From positions 5,376,001-5,440,000 of the forward strand of contig CAWAIF010000003.1 of assembly GCA_963782055.1 (NCBI GenBank): DNA of 64,000 bases, given 5' to 3'. The notes beneath the pieces were generated by a model. The model saw only the letters and a list, made by a program, of their open reading frames with translations. It was not told where the DNA came from and did no database searches. This DNA is from an uncultured delta proteobacterium (GTDB taxonomy: Bacteria > Myxococcota_A > Polyangia > Polyangiales > Polyangiaceae). Below, piece after piece: positions 54,272-64,000 of the stretch. The position numbers and the translations under genes are program-made. Position 1 is the stretch's first letter. Each line of letters begins with the position of its first letter.

Positions 54272-54928
54272 TCAGCCGACTCTTGCGGCGTAGGCGACGC
54301 CGTCGCCGAGAGGCAGGACGACGGCGCGCAGCGAGGGGTGGCCAACCATCGCCGCGTTGAAGGCGCGGATGGCCTCGGTGCGCTCGCGCTCGGCGTCGGG
54401 GAGCGCGCTCTGCGCGACGAGCCCCTTCCACAGCACGTTGTCGGCGACGATGACGCCGCGCTCGGCGAGCTTGGGGATCAGCTTCTCCAGGTACGCCGGG
54501 TACTCCTCCTTCACGCAGTCGATGTAGGCGAGGTCGATCGGCCGGTCGATCTTCTCCAGCTCGGCGAGGGCAGAGCCCTGGCGGATCTCCACCCTGTCGG
54601 TGAGCCCGGCCTCCTGGACGTACTCCCGCGCGATGCGACAGAGCTCGCTGGAGAGCTCCACGGTGATCACGCGGCAGTACGGCCCGCCGGCGCGCGCCAT
54701 GACGATGGTGCCGTAGCCGATGTTGGTGCCCAGCTCCACGATGCGACGCGCGCCCGTCGCGCGCACCGTGACGGCGAGGAAGGAGGCGACCTCGGGGTCG
54801 CTGATGGGATGCCGCCGCTCGGCGGCGAAGGCCTCCATGCGGGCCAGGAGGCCATCGCGGGGGGGCTCCAGGGCCTCCAGGTAGGCGGCCTGCTCGGGCT
54901 TGAGGATGGCGTCTGCGGCGTCTTTCAA
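54272..54928 (-). CDS. Class I O-methyltransferase (caffeoyl-CoA OMT-like)
   Basis: VELGTNIGY, YIDCVK..Y, ADNVLW.G, GDG. Confidence 0.9.
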   Translation of the reverse strand: MKDAADAILKPEQAAYLEALEPPRDGLLARMEAFAAERRHPISDPEVASFLAVTVRATGARRIVELGTNIGYGTIVMARAGGPYCRVITVELSSELCRIAREYVQEAGLTDRVEIRQGSALAELEKIDRPIDLAYIDCVKEEYPAYLEKLIPKLAERGVIVADNVLWKGLVAQSALPDAERERTEAIRAFNAAMVGHPSLRAVVLPLGDGVAYAARVG

Positions 54929-55034
54929 GGGGGAACCTCGCTGGTCGGGGGCCTGGTGAGGGTAGCGGGGGAATGGTGTTGGCAAAAGACGTAGTTAAAT
55001 GGTGAACTTAACGTGAGCGTCGGAGTCCCCATAC

Positions 55035-57188
55035 GTGGAATCTTGCAACCTGACGGTCGCCGATCGTGTCGTAGTCCGTGCGGACGTGGGGCCGCTGGAC
55101 GCCGAATACGCCTTGGTCGGCCCACAATGCATCGAGCTTCGCACGACCGCGCCGGGCGCCGTGCGAGAGGCGGGGTACCGCACCACGGTCGCCGAGGCAC
55201 GCGAACGACTTGCGCGCCTGGGCTTCACCCACGAGGCGGCGGAGGCGGCGGCGGCGGCGGTCCGTCCGGCGGCCGCCGCGTACGCCCGCGGTCCGGTGGT
55301 GCGCCGGGCAGCGGCGGAGCTGGGCGCCGCGGAGCTCTTCGACGGCAAGGTGCTGCTCGCCGCGGCGCACACCTACGAGGGCGCGTGGCTGGACCTCGCG
55401 GCGCTCACCTTCGACCTGGGTGATCCCGGCACCGGCGCTGCGCTGCAGGCGTTCCACCTGGCCGCGCTGCTCGGCGAGATGCCCGACGACGCGGAGGTCA
55501 ACCTGGTGACGCTGCCCTTCACGCGGCACCAGAAGGTGGGCGTGCGGACGTTCAAGCGCGTCGCCCTGGGCGATCCCCTGGCGTGGATCGCGGCGCTGCA
55601 GCGCTTCGGCGAGCGGCCGCCCGCCTCGGTGAAGGCCGGCGTGCGCGAGGCCGGGCCGACACGGGTGGAGGTGCTGGACCTCCTGCGGCGGCGGTCGGTC
55701 AGCGCCGGTGACTCCACGCTCGATCGCTTCTCGCGTGTGGAGCGGGCCATGTCGGCGGTCTCCCGGCCGCCGCCGGAGCGCGGGCCACTCTCGGATCCGG
55801 CGGCGTGGTCGGTCGAGGCCCTGCTCGACGCGGGCGACGCGACGGGCGCCCTCGCGCAGCTCTCCGAGATGGAGCGCGAGAGCGGGCCGATCGCGTCGGT
55901 CGTGTACCTGAAGTCGCGCGCCGCGCTGATGCTCAAGAAGGAGGACCCGAAGGTCATCGCCGAGCGCGTCTCCATGCTCGCGGCGAAGGCGTCCTTCCAC
56001 GAGCTGGAGCTGCTCGCGGCCGAGGCGTGGGCCGCGGCGGGCAACATGGGCCGCGCGCTGCCCTACGCGCGGGTGCTGGCGCAGGATCCCCAGGCGCACC
56101 AGGAGCTGCGTGGCCGGGCGCTCGCGGTGGTCGAGGCCGCGCGGCGCGTCTCGGCGCCCCCGACCCCGCGCCCGCCCGCGCCGGAGAACGCCCCACGCCA
56201 GCAGGGGCCGGCGCGCACCGACGTGGGGACGAGCGGCGTGAAGATGCGCGTGCCGGAGACGTCCTCGCACCCGCCGTCCACGCAGCGCAGCGACGCGCCG
56301 CGGTCGCCGCGCGCCGCCGCGGACGATCGCCGCGACACGCCCACGCCGATGCCGATGGTGCTGCAGCCCTCGCGCATGTCGTCCGGGCCCCCCGCCGCGT
56401 CGGGGAGAATCGGCGACGCCTCGTCGGTGGTCCTGGAGGAGCTGGAGGTGGACCTGCCGCCGGCCATCGCCACACCGCGCGTCGCGTCGCGGGCGCCCGC
56501 GCCCTTCTCCAGCCGGCCGACGCCCGCCGAGCGGCCGCGCCCCGGGGCGCTGCCCGCGGAGGCGATCGGGGTCGACCAGCGCAAGGTGCCGACGCTCGCG
56601 CCGCCGCCGTCGCCCAGCCCCCCCACGCCGCCCGACGCGTGGGGGCGCTCGCTCGCCCGCGGCGCGTCGCAGCCCGCGTTCTGCTCGGTGTCGACCAACT
56701 CGACGCCGCCGCGCCTCGCGCTCGGCAAGGTGCAGTACGCCGAGAACCTGGCGGACCCGCCGCCGCCGGCGGTGAGCGACGAGCGCATGCGCGAGGCGTA
56801 CGAGGCCCGCGTGCGCTGCACCGAGCTGTCGCGCGAGCTCGGGCGGCTCTACCGGCTGCAGTGCGGCGTGGAGCTGCGCACCGACGTGGCCAGCATCGAG
56901 GCGATGCAGGCCCAGCTCATCGAGCGCTACCACGCCGGCGGGGTGCGCACCTCCGCCGCGGCCGAAGACGTGCGCCGCCACGGCGCCTTCCTCAGCGAGA
57001 TCCTCGCGCGGACCTTGCGCGCCACCTGGACCGACGTGCGCCCGAGCGAGCTCGGCCACTGGGCGATGTTCGTGCCACCCGACACGCGCGTCTGGCCCTT
57101 CGCACGGGTGCTCCGGCTGATTACGATGGGGTTCAAGGAGCGCGATCTGGTCAGCTACTACCTGGAGCTGCACGCACGTTCGTACTGA
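55035..57188 (+). CDS. Hypothetical protein with TPR-like and Pro-rich regions
   Basis: 717-aa ORF with globular ends and a Pro-rich linker. Confidence 0.7.
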   Translation: MESCNLTVADRVVVRADVGPLDAEYALVGPQCIELRTTAPGAVREAGYRTTVAEARERLARLGFTHEAAEAAAAAVRPAAAAYARGPVVRRAAAELGAAELFDGKVLLAAAHTYEGAWLDLAALTFDLGDPGTGAALQAFHLAALLGEMPDDAEVNLVTLPFTRHQKVGVRTFKRVALGDPLAWIAALQRFGERPPASVKAGVREAGPTRVEVLDLLRRRSVSAGDSTLDRFSRVERAMSAVSRPPPERGPLSDPAAWSVEALLDAGDATGALAQLSEMERESGPIASVVYLKSRAALMLKKEDPKVIAERVSMLAAKASFHELELLAAEAWAAAGNMGRALPYARVLAQDPQAHQELRGRALAVVEAARRVSAPPTPRPPAPENAPRQQGPARTDVGTSGVKMRVPETSSHPPSTQRSDAPRSPRAAADDRRDTPTPMPMVLQPSRMSSGPPAASGRIGDASSVVLEELEVDLPPAIATPRVASRAPAPFSSRPTPAERPRPGALPAEAIGVDQRKVPTLAPPPSPSPPTPPDAWGRSLARGASQPAFCSVSTNSTPPRLALGKVQYAENLADPPPPAVSDERMREAYEARVRCTELSRELGRLYRLQCGVELRTDVASIEAMQAQLIERYHAGGVRTSAAAEDVRRHGAFLSEILARTLRATWTDVRPSELGHWAMFVPPDTRVWPFARVLRLITMGFKERDLVSYYLELHARSY

Positions 57189-57241
57189 GCTCCGGCCCGA
57201 AGGCCCGGCCGACAGCCCGAAGGGCGCGTAGACTGACTGCC

Positions 57242-57607
57242 ATGCCCTCGTCCCTGGACCCGAACCATCCCGAAGCGGCGGATGTCGAGCGCGACATCGC
57301 CGAGGAGGACACCGGGGCGTTCGACCGGATGGAGTTCACCATGCGCGCCCTGCAGATGCTGTGCGCGCCGAGCACGCGCGTCGTCCTGTGCGAGGGCCAC
57401 GCGCGGGTGCACGTGCAGCACGGCCGGGCGTGGGGGCCGTCGCGCTGCCGGCGGTGGGCCATCGTCAGCGTGCCGCCGCGCGCGTCGCGGCGCGCCATCG
57501 CCCTCGCGGTCGCCGAGCTCGCGGACGGCCGCGCCGCCCCCTACGCCCTGGACGTCCTCCTCGGCGAGGAAGACGGCGATCCCTATCGCGATCGCACGCA
57601 CCCATGA
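57242..57607 (+). CDS. Hypothetical protein
   Basis: ATGA overlap with greB. Confidence 0.55.
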   Translation: MPSSLDPNHPEAADVERDIAEEDTGAFDRMEFTMRALQMLCAPSTRVVLCEGHARVHVQHGRAWGPSRCRRWAIVSVPPRASRRAIALAVAELADGRAAPYALDVLLGEEDGDPYRDRTHP

Positions 57608-58092
57608 GCGAGAAGACGCCGAACTACATCACGCCGGCTGGCGCCAAGCGTCTTCAGGAGGAGCTCGCGCGGCTGCGCTCGCAGGAGCGGCCCAGGGTGG
57701 TGGAGGACGTCGCCGCCGCCGCGGCGCAGGGCGATCGCAGCGAGAACGCGGAGTACATCTACGGCAAGAAGAAGCTGCGCGAGATCGACCGGCGCATGCG
57801 GTTCTTGACCAAGCGGCTGGAGGGCGCGCACGTCGTGCCCCCACGGACCGACGGGGCGTCGCGCGTGTTCTTCGGGGCGACGGTGGAGCTGGAGGACGAC
57901 GACGGCCGCCGCGCCACCTACCGCATCGTCGGCGAGGACGAGATCGACCTGGGCCGCGGCGACATCAGCTGGCGCTCGCCGGTCGGCCGGGCGCTCCTCA
58001 AGAAGGAGGCGGGTGACACCGTGTCGGTGCGGCGCCCCGGCGGCGAGGTCGAGCTGACGATCGTGCGCGTCACCTACGCACCCCCTTCATAG
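57604..58092 (+). CDS. greB: Transcription elongation factor GreB
   Basis: NYITPAG, GDRSENAEYIYGKKKLREIDRR, ISWRSP. Confidence 0.96.
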   Translation: MSEKTPNYITPAGAKRLQEELARLRSQERPRVVEDVAAAAAQGDRSENAEYIYGKKKLREIDRRMRFLTKRLEGAHVVPPRTDGASRVFFGATVELEDDDGRRATYRIVGEDEIDLGRGDISWRSPVGRALLKKEAGDTVSVRRPGGEVELTIVRVTYAPPS

Positions 58093-58111
58093 GGGGCACG
58101 CGCCACCCCGG

Positions 58112-58945
58112 TCACTGCACCTTGATCTGTCCCTCGGTCAGGTCGCCCTGATCGTGGAGGTAGAAGGTGTAGGAGCCCTTGGTGTTGATGTTGTGCGCCT
58201 GCGAATCGAACTCGCCCTGCTGCATGGGCGCGGCGCACTGCCCGTTGACCTCCGGGTCGTGCGGGAAGCCCTGGTTGGCGTTGGAGGCGTGGATGCAGTG
58301 CGGGGTCGCGTCGGCGTTGTAGAACTTGATGACGGCGGGCGTCTTGGTCAGGTCCGGCGCCGCCGTGACGACGATGGGGTAGTCGCCGTAGGCGTCGTGG
58401 CTGGGGTTGCCCTGCGTGCCCTGGACGGCGCTGAGGTTCGCCGGGATGGTGACGGTCAGGATGGACTGAACGTTGAGAGCGAGCGCCGCGTTCGCCATGT
58501 CGCTGCCGGAGGTGCCGGTGACCTTCAGGTTCTCCACGCCCGGGGCGACGTCCGACTTGGTGGTCAGCGTGAGCACGGAGGTGGCGCCCGTCGTACCGCT
58601 CACGTCCACCGTCGGCGGCGCAAAGGCGGCGGTGACCCCCGCGGCGAGGCCTGTCGCGCCGAGGGTGACGGTGCCGGTGAAGCCCGCCGGGGTGACCGTG
58701 ACCTGCACGGTGACCTGGTTGCGGAGCTCGACGTCGACGGAGCCCTTGTCGGTCGCCACGGCGAAGTTGGTCGTGGTGGTGCCGGCGTCGGGGATGGTCG
58801 AGCCGCTGTCGTCGGAGGACGAGGACGGGCCGTCGGTCGAGGCGTCACCTTTGCCGCCGACACCGGTGAAGTGACCGGAGGTGTTGTTGCTCGCGTCACC
58901 GCAGGCGAGGAGCGCGGCTGCGGCGAGCGTGGCGAGAGAGAACAT
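58112..58945 (-). CDS. Lipoprotein with Ig-like and cupredoxin-like domains
   Basis: Lipobox LLAC; N.D..PH...GSYTFYLH..G.IKV (canonical Cu-ligand Cys absent). Confidence 0.6.
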   Translation of the reverse strand: MFSLATLAAAALLACGDASNNTSGHFTGVGGKGDASTDGPSSSSDDSGSTIPDAGTTTTNFAVATDKGSVDVELRNQVTVQVTVTPAGFTGTVTLGATGLAAGVTAAFAPPTVDVSGTTGATSVLTLTTKSDVAPGVENLKVTGTSGSDMANAALALNVQSILTVTIPANLSAVQGTQGNPSHDAYGDYPIVVTAAPDLTKTPAVIKFYNADATPHCIHASNANQGFPHDPEVNGQCAAPMQQGEFDSQAHNINTKGSYTFYLHDQGDLTEGQIKVQ

Positions 58946-58978
58946 CAACGGGCGGTGGTGGACCATGGCACGCCGTCT

Positions 58979-58994
58979 TGCAAGCCTGGCGCCA
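58979..58994 (-). promoter_or_regulatory. sigma54 promoter
   Basis: TGGCGC-CAGGC-TTGCA, with an AT-rich tract just upstream. Confidence 0.6.
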
Positions 58995-59174
58995 GCGGCC
59001 GCCCCCATTCAAGCACAATAATTCCAATAATTTACGTACGTGGCGAGGTGAACGGGGAGACGCGGTGGGGCGGAGCCATGGACGGGCCGCGATCCATCCG
59101 ACGGCGCGGCGGGGCACTATGCGCCAACGTCTGGCCAACGGGCCGGGAGGCTGCGAGAGTACCCGGGACGATTC

Positions 59175-60800
59175 ATGGCGAGCGAACGCGCGAGCAGGAG
59201 GAAGCGCGGGGGGACGGAGGGAGCGCGGCAGCCGCCGGCCTATCGGGTGGAGGTCGAGCGGCTCCCCATCGCCACGATGGTGACGCGCGGCGACGCCGTG
59301 CTCGCCGTCAACACCGCGTTCGAGCGGCTCACAGGCTGGAGGGCGGCGGACCTGACGGCACGCTCGGTGGGGGAGCTGATCGCCAGCCTCGTCGACCCGC
59401 GCGACCGCGCGGTGCTGGAGCAGCTCTCCGGCAACCGCGACCAGCCGGCGCCACGCGAGCACGGCTCGCTCTGGTGCCGCATCGTCGGCCTGGACGGCAA
59501 GGAGCGGCCGCTGCGCGTGGAGTGGCAGCTCGCCGCCGGGGTGACGCTGGTCTTCTTGCTCGACGCGCACCCGGAGGCTTTCGGCCAGGAGGTGACCGAG
59601 GCGCTCGCCCGCATCGCCGGCACGCTCTCGCGCTGCGCGACCGAGGCGGACGTGCTGGACCGCGCGGTGAAGGCGCTCGCCGACCACGGCTTCATCGCCA
59701 CGGTGCTGCTCTGGGACGACCACGACCCGCTCCTGCGCTTCGGTCCGAGCGCGTCCCCCCACGGGCCCAGCAGCGGCGCCTTCGAGGCGGCGCGGCCGCG
59801 ACGCGACATCCTGCTGCAGCTCAACCCGCGCTTCATGGAGCGCCGGATCGCCTTCTTCCAGGACGGCGTGCGCCTGATCCGCGAGGCCTACCCCGAGCCG
59901 CTGGTGGAGAAGCTCCTGTCGCTGCTGCCCGCGCAGCGCATGGTCCAGGCGCCGCTCTTCGTGGGTGACCAGCCGTACGGCGCGCTCGTCGTCACGAGCG
60001 ACGCGCTGAGCCCGCTGGTCGCCACCGCGCTGGAGCTCTTCGCCGAGCTCATCGGCAAGGCGCTGGAGACCATCCGCGTGCGCGGGGAGGGTGTGGAGCG
60101 CGAGCGCCTCGCCGCCCTGGGGGAGGCGGCGGGCGTGATGGCGCACGAGGTTCGCAACCCGGTGGGGTCCATCATGAACGCGCTGGCGCTGCTGGAGCGT
60201 GAGGACCACACCGGCGAGGCGGGCCGCGCGTTGCTGGGGATCATCGCCGAGGAGACGGCGCGGCTGGAGCGGCTGGTCTCGCAGCTCCTCGAGCTGGGGC
60301 GCCCGCTGCTGCCACGCCCGCGGGCGTTCTGCATCGAGGAGCTCACGCGCAGGGCGGTGCAGCTGCTCGAGACGCGCGGCGAGCTCTCGGACCGGAAGGT
60401 GGAGATGCCCCCCGCGCGCGATACCATCGCGTGGATCGACCCGGACCTGGTGGAGCTCGCGCTGGTGAACGTGCTGCGCAACGCCGTGCAGTCGACCCGC
60501 AAGGACGCGCGCTTGCGTCTGCGCGTGGAGAGCGGCGGCGGCCGGGTTCGCTGGACACTGGAGGACGACGGTCCGGGGATCCCGGAGGAGATCGTGCGCC
60601 GGCTGGGGCAGCCCTTCGTCACCACGCGCGCCACGGGCACCGGCATGGGGCTGGCGGTGGTGCGCCGGATCGTGGAGGCGAGCGGCGGGCGGCTGTCGGT
60701 CGCGCGCGCGGAGCTCGGCGGCGCGCAGGTGACGCTGGAGCTCCCGCTGGCGGAGGGCGACGCGCCGCTGCAGCCGGGCGCGCCCTCGCCCGCCGGCTGA
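59175..60800 (+). CDS. PAS/GAF sensor histidine kinase
   Basis: VNTAFERLTG, AHEVRNP, NVLRNA, DDGPG, GTGMGL. Confidence 0.93.
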   Translation: MASERASRRKRGGTEGARQPPAYRVEVERLPIATMVTRGDAVLAVNTAFERLTGWRAADLTARSVGELIASLVDPRDRAVLEQLSGNRDQPAPREHGSLWCRIVGLDGKERPLRVEWQLAAGVTLVFLLDAHPEAFGQEVTEALARIAGTLSRCATEADVLDRAVKALADHGFIATVLLWDDHDPLLRFGPSASPHGPSSGAFEAARPRRDILLQLNPRFMERRIAFFQDGVRLIREAYPEPLVEKLLSLLPAQRMVQAPLFVGDQPYGALVVTSDALSPLVATALELFAELIGKALETIRVRGEGVERERLAALGEAAGVMAHEVRNPVGSIMNALALLEREDHTGEAGRALLGIIAEETARLERLVSQLLELGRPLLPRPRAFCIEELTRRAVQLLETRGELSDRKVEMPPARDTIAWIDPDLVELALVNVLRNAVQSTRKDARLRLRVESGGGRVRWTLEDDGPGIPEEIVRRLGQPFVTTRATGTGMGLAVVRRIVEASGGRLSVARAELGGAQVTLELPLAEGDAPLQPGAPSPAG

Positions 60801-60803
60801 CGC

Positions 60804-61379
60804 TCAGCTGCCCCACTTCGCCACGAGCGCGCGCGCGCGCTCGGCGAAGGCGGCGAGGTGGCGACGCTCGAACTCGGCCCAGGTGGCGAGGGTGCGCGTG
60901 TCGTGTACGCGATCGACGAAGAGCTTGCCGTCCAGGTGATCCAGCTCGTGCTGGAAGGTTCCGGCGGTGAGCCCCTTGACCTCGAAGTCCAGGGGCTTGC
61001 CCGCGCGGTCCACCGCGCGCACGCGCACCTGGACGAAGCGGCGCACCTCCCCGCGCAGGTTGGGGACCGAGAGGCAGCCCTCGTAGTTGAGGAAGGTCTC
61101 GTCGGTGAGCGGGGTGACCTCCGGGTTCACCAGCACGGTGAGGGGGTAGTTGGGCTTGTAGGGGTAGCGCGGATTGTCCTTCACGCAGATGACCGCGACC
61201 CGTACCGGCCGGTACACCTGGTTGGCGGCGATGCCCGCGCCGCTGGCGTCGGACATGGTCTCGATCATGTCGTCGATGAAGCGCTGCATGTCCGCCGTCG
61301 AGAGCTCCTCCGGCGTGACCGGCCGCGCGACCTCCCGCAGCACGGGGTGACCGAGCGTGGCGACCTTCAGGATGGACAC
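60804..61379 (-). CDS. def: Peptide deformylase
   Basis: GAGIAANQ, EGCLS, QHELDH. Confidence 0.97.
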   Translation of the reverse strand: MSILKVATLGHPVLREVARPVTPEELSTADMQRFIDDMIETMSDASGAGIAANQVYRPVRVAVICVKDNPRYPYKPNYPLTVLVNPEVTPLTDETFLNYEGCLSVPNLRGEVRRFVQVRVRAVDRAGKPLDFEVKGLTAGTFQHELDHLDGKLFVDRVHDTRTLATWAEFERRHLAAFAERARALVAKWGS

Positions 61380-61383
61380 GGCG

Positions 61384-63531
61384 TCACTTCTTCTCGGCGA
61401 GGATGATGGTCCGCGGCGAGTCGGCGCCGAAGAAGACGCCCGGCGTCGCCGTGCGGCCGCTCACCTCGCACACGCGGTAGCCGTGCTTGTGCAGCATCTT
61501 GCCGAGCTCGTGCAGGGAGTAGATGCGCATGGAGTACTCGATCTCCTTGGAGCGGCCGTCGTCGAGCATCATGGTGCGCTTGATGCGCATGCGGCTGGTG
61601 ATCCAGTCGACGGTCATCTCGTCCATGCAGATGCAGCCGTCGCCCTCGAACCAGGCGAGCGACGGCGCCTGCCGGGCGATGAAGTCGCGGTTCACGACGT
61701 CGAGCAGGAACTGGCCGCCCTTGCGCAGCGCCTTGTGCACGCGCGCGACGACCTGCGCGTTCTTCTCTTCCTCGAAGTAGCCGAAGCTGGTGTTCCAGCA
61801 GTAGATGCCGTCGAAGGTGTCCTCGAAGGTCATCTCGCGCATGTCGCCCTGCACGAAGTTGATCTTCTGGTCGCGCTCCTGGGCCTCGTCCGCGGCCCGC
61901 GCGAGCATGGCGAGGCTGAGGTCGAAGCCGACGACGTTGTAGCCGCGCCGGCTCAGCTCGATGGCGTGCAGTCCGTCGCCGCAGGCGAGGTCCAGGACGC
62001 TGCCGCCCTTGGCGACGCCCAGGCTGTCCTCGATGAAATCCGACTCCGCCGCGATCTGCGCGTCGGTGAGCTTGGGCGTGGCGCGGATGAAGTCGTCGTT
62101 GAAGAGCTCCTCCCACCAGGGACGCGCGCGGCGCCGCGGGTGGGCGCCCTCGGCGAGGGGCGGCGGCGCCAGCGGGCTCAGCGTGCCCGGCTTGGGAGTC
62201 GGCAGGGGCGACCGCATCGCCCCGGCCACGGGGGTGCCCGCGGGCGGCGTGGCGAGGGCGCCGGCGGGCTTGGGCGGCGGCGGGTGCGACGAGACCTTCG
62301 GCGCGAGGGGCGGCGGCGCGCGCAGCGACTCGACGGCGAGCACGTCCTCGGCCGCGAGTTCCGCCTCGGGGTCGGAGGGCGGCGCGCTCATGCGCTCCGG
62401 TTCGATCTCCTCGAGCGACGCGGCCTCGTCGGCGTCGACGATGGCCGTCTGCACCGAGCGCGGGCTGGACGACATCGCGTCGACGGGGATGGGCGGCCCG
62501 ACCGGGATGGCCGGCACCACGGCGGGCGGCGGGGCGACGACGGCCGGGGGCGGCGTGCTCCTGCGCGGCGGGGGGCGTGACGAGAGCAGCGCCTCCGCCT
62601 CCACCTCGTCGATCTCCAGCGGCTCGGTGGGCGGCGGCGGGGGCACCGCGGCGGCAGGCGGCGGCACCGAGCGCGGCCGCGGCGCCGGCGGCGCGGACGA
62701 CGTGGGCGGCACCGAGCGGGCGGGCGGCGGGGCGCTGAGCACCGAGCGGGCGGGCGGCGGCGGCGGCGCGCTGATCGCCGGCACGGCGGGCGGCGGCGGC
62801 GCGCTCGTCGCGACGGGCGCGCCGTCCGACGGCGGCGGCGGCGGTGGGGCGCTGGGCATCGTGATCTGCCGCGGCCGCACCGCCGGCATCTCTTCTTCGT
62901 CCTCGTCGGTGTGGATGGGGACCTCCACGTCCTCGTCCACCGGCACGTCCACCGAGTCCGGAGGTTCCTCGTCGTGGAGCTCCCGCGAGTCCACCACGGT
63001 GGGCATCATGGGCGTGGGCGCGTCGTCCACCCCGCGCGCCCTGGCGGCCTCCACCGGCGGGGGCGGATCGCTGTTCACCATTTCCATGCGCGCCTCGGTG
63101 GGCGCGTCGTCCACCTTGGCCGTGGGCGGGGCCGAGGGCACCAGCCCCTTCGCCGCCGCCCGCGTGGCTTCCTCCGAGGGGGGCGGCCCGACCGAGATGA
63201 TGCGGGAGGCCACGATCGGCCCCGCGTCCGCCGCGGCGGGCAGCTCGGTGGTCTTCTCCGGATCGACCGCCGGGGCCTCCGTCGTCCTTTCCAGCGTCGC
63301 CGTCTCGCCGGAGTCGGCCTTGTCGTGCTCGGCGCTGTCGTCCGGGTCCTGCGCCTTGGGGCGCGCCACCTCGTCGTCCGGGATGCGCAGGGTCATGCGC
63401 GCGCGCTTGCGCGATCGCGTCCGCGCCTTCTCGACGGGCTGCTCCTCTTCCTCGATGACGACGTCGGTCTCCTCGGGCGCCTCGTCGTCGCCCGTCTTCT
63501 CCAGACCCTCCGCGCGCCCCTGGTCGTTCAT
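61384..63531 (-). CDS. SAM-dependent methyltransferase with long acidic/Pro-rich N-terminal extension
   Basis: VLDLACGDG, GDMR, TSFGYF, GGQFLLD in the last ~240 aa. Confidence 0.85.
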   Translation of the reverse strand: MNDQGRAEGLEKTGDDEAPEETDVVIEEEEQPVEKARTRSRKRARMTLRIPDDEVARPKAQDPDDSAEHDKADSGETATLERTTEAPAVDPEKTTELPAAADAGPIVASRIISVGPPPSEEATRAAAKGLVPSAPPTAKVDDAPTEARMEMVNSDPPPPVEAARARGVDDAPTPMMPTVVDSRELHDEEPPDSVDVPVDEDVEVPIHTDEDEEEMPAVRPRQITMPSAPPPPPPSDGAPVATSAPPPPAVPAISAPPPPPARSVLSAPPPARSVPPTSSAPPAPRPRSVPPPAAAVPPPPPTEPLEIDEVEAEALLSSRPPPRRSTPPPAVVAPPPAVVPAIPVGPPIPVDAMSSSPRSVQTAIVDADEAASLEEIEPERMSAPPSDPEAELAAEDVLAVESLRAPPPLAPKVSSHPPPPKPAGALATPPAGTPVAGAMRSPLPTPKPGTLSPLAPPPLAEGAHPRRRARPWWEELFNDDFIRATPKLTDAQIAAESDFIEDSLGVAKGGSVLDLACGDGLHAIELSRRGYNVVGFDLSLAMLARAADEAQERDQKINFVQGDMREMTFEDTFDGIYCWNTSFGYFEEEKNAQVVARVHKALRKGGQFLLDVVNRDFIARQAPSLAWFEGDGCICMDEMTVDWITSRMRIKRTMMLDDGRSKEIEYSMRIYSLHELGKMLHKHGYRVCEVSGRTATPGVFFGADSPRTIILAEKK

Positions 63532-64000
63532 CGCCGCTCCTCGCGCGCGGGGGGCCGCGCGTGGCTCACCGAGGCGATGCGCTCGCCGTAGCGGATGGGG
63601 CCGCTCGTCACCGTCCAGCGCGCCGCGGCGCGGGGCTCGAGCAGCAGCACGGCGGTCGAGCCGAGGTGGAAGATGCCAATCTCGTCGCCGCGGTCCACCG
63701 CGCAGGGCGGGGTGAGGCGGTGCAGGCCGTAGGGCACGTCGGGGGCGTCCACGCCCGTGGCGGTGACGCGGCCCACCACGATCGCCGCCACCATCACCAC
63801 CGTGACGCGGCCGAGCCCCACGTCCTCCGGCGTGTCGATGGCGATGGCCACGCGGCGGTTGATGGCGAAGAGATTCTCGACGTGGCGGATGCCGATGGAG
63901 TTCACGGGGAAGTAATCCCCGCGCATCGATCGGACCTGGGTGATGGCGCCGCGCACCGGCGAGTGCACGCGGTGGTAGTCGCGCGGGGAGAGGTACACCA
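63528..64000 (-). CDS. psd: Phosphatidylserine decarboxylase (3' part)
   Basis: YLSPRDYHRVHSP, FHLGST cleavage motif. Confidence 0.93.
   Translation of the reverse strand, partial: VYLSPRDYHRVHSPVRGAITQVRSMRGDYFPVNSIGIRHVENLFAINRRVAIAIDTPEDVGLGRVTVVMVAAIVVGRVTATGVDAPDVPYGLHRLTPPCAVDRGDEIGIFHLGSTAVLLLEPRAAARWTVTSGPIRYGERIASVSHARPPAREERR

Noticed and set aside
58966..58981. Plus-strand TGGCACGCCGTCTTGC as a sigma54 promoter
   Set aside because: GG-GC spacing is 11, not 10; the overlapping minus-strand site fits instead

Overview
GC-rich window whose gene content (GltJ/AgmX-like protein, TIGR04551-like outer-membrane protein, many Pro-rich lipoproteins, sigma54 regulation) points to a myxobacterium, probably Polyangiales (inference). 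Bases 1-~11335 are the end of an integrative element that runs off the left edge and abuts the 3' end of a tRNA-Gly(GCC). It has a tyrosine integrase, a Xis-like HTH, a MerR-like HTH, a translationally coupled set of unknown genes, and a Rep/primase-like ORF followed by a 23-bp inverted-repeat structure. Inside it lies a group II intron (~1588-5147, minus strand) whose domain VI carries a complete single-gene IS66 (1628-3143, 8-bp TSD). The IS is in the intron's sense orientation and leaves the branch-point stem apparently intact; this nested element is the most unusual thing seen. The rest is mostly chromosomal: steroid 5-alpha-reductase-like gene, MacAB-type exporter, USP, REC-EAL, HtrA-like protease, tandem Zn dehydrogenases, an AT-richer islet interrupted by ISL3, three GT-C-like membrane genes, an XPB-like helicase and DUF790 nuclease, GT2, ihfA-merR, an NtrC-type regulator, queA-tgt, dprA-topA, greB, def and a partial psd. 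No CRISPR array or rRNA was seen. All product calls come from motif recognition by eye, not from database searches.
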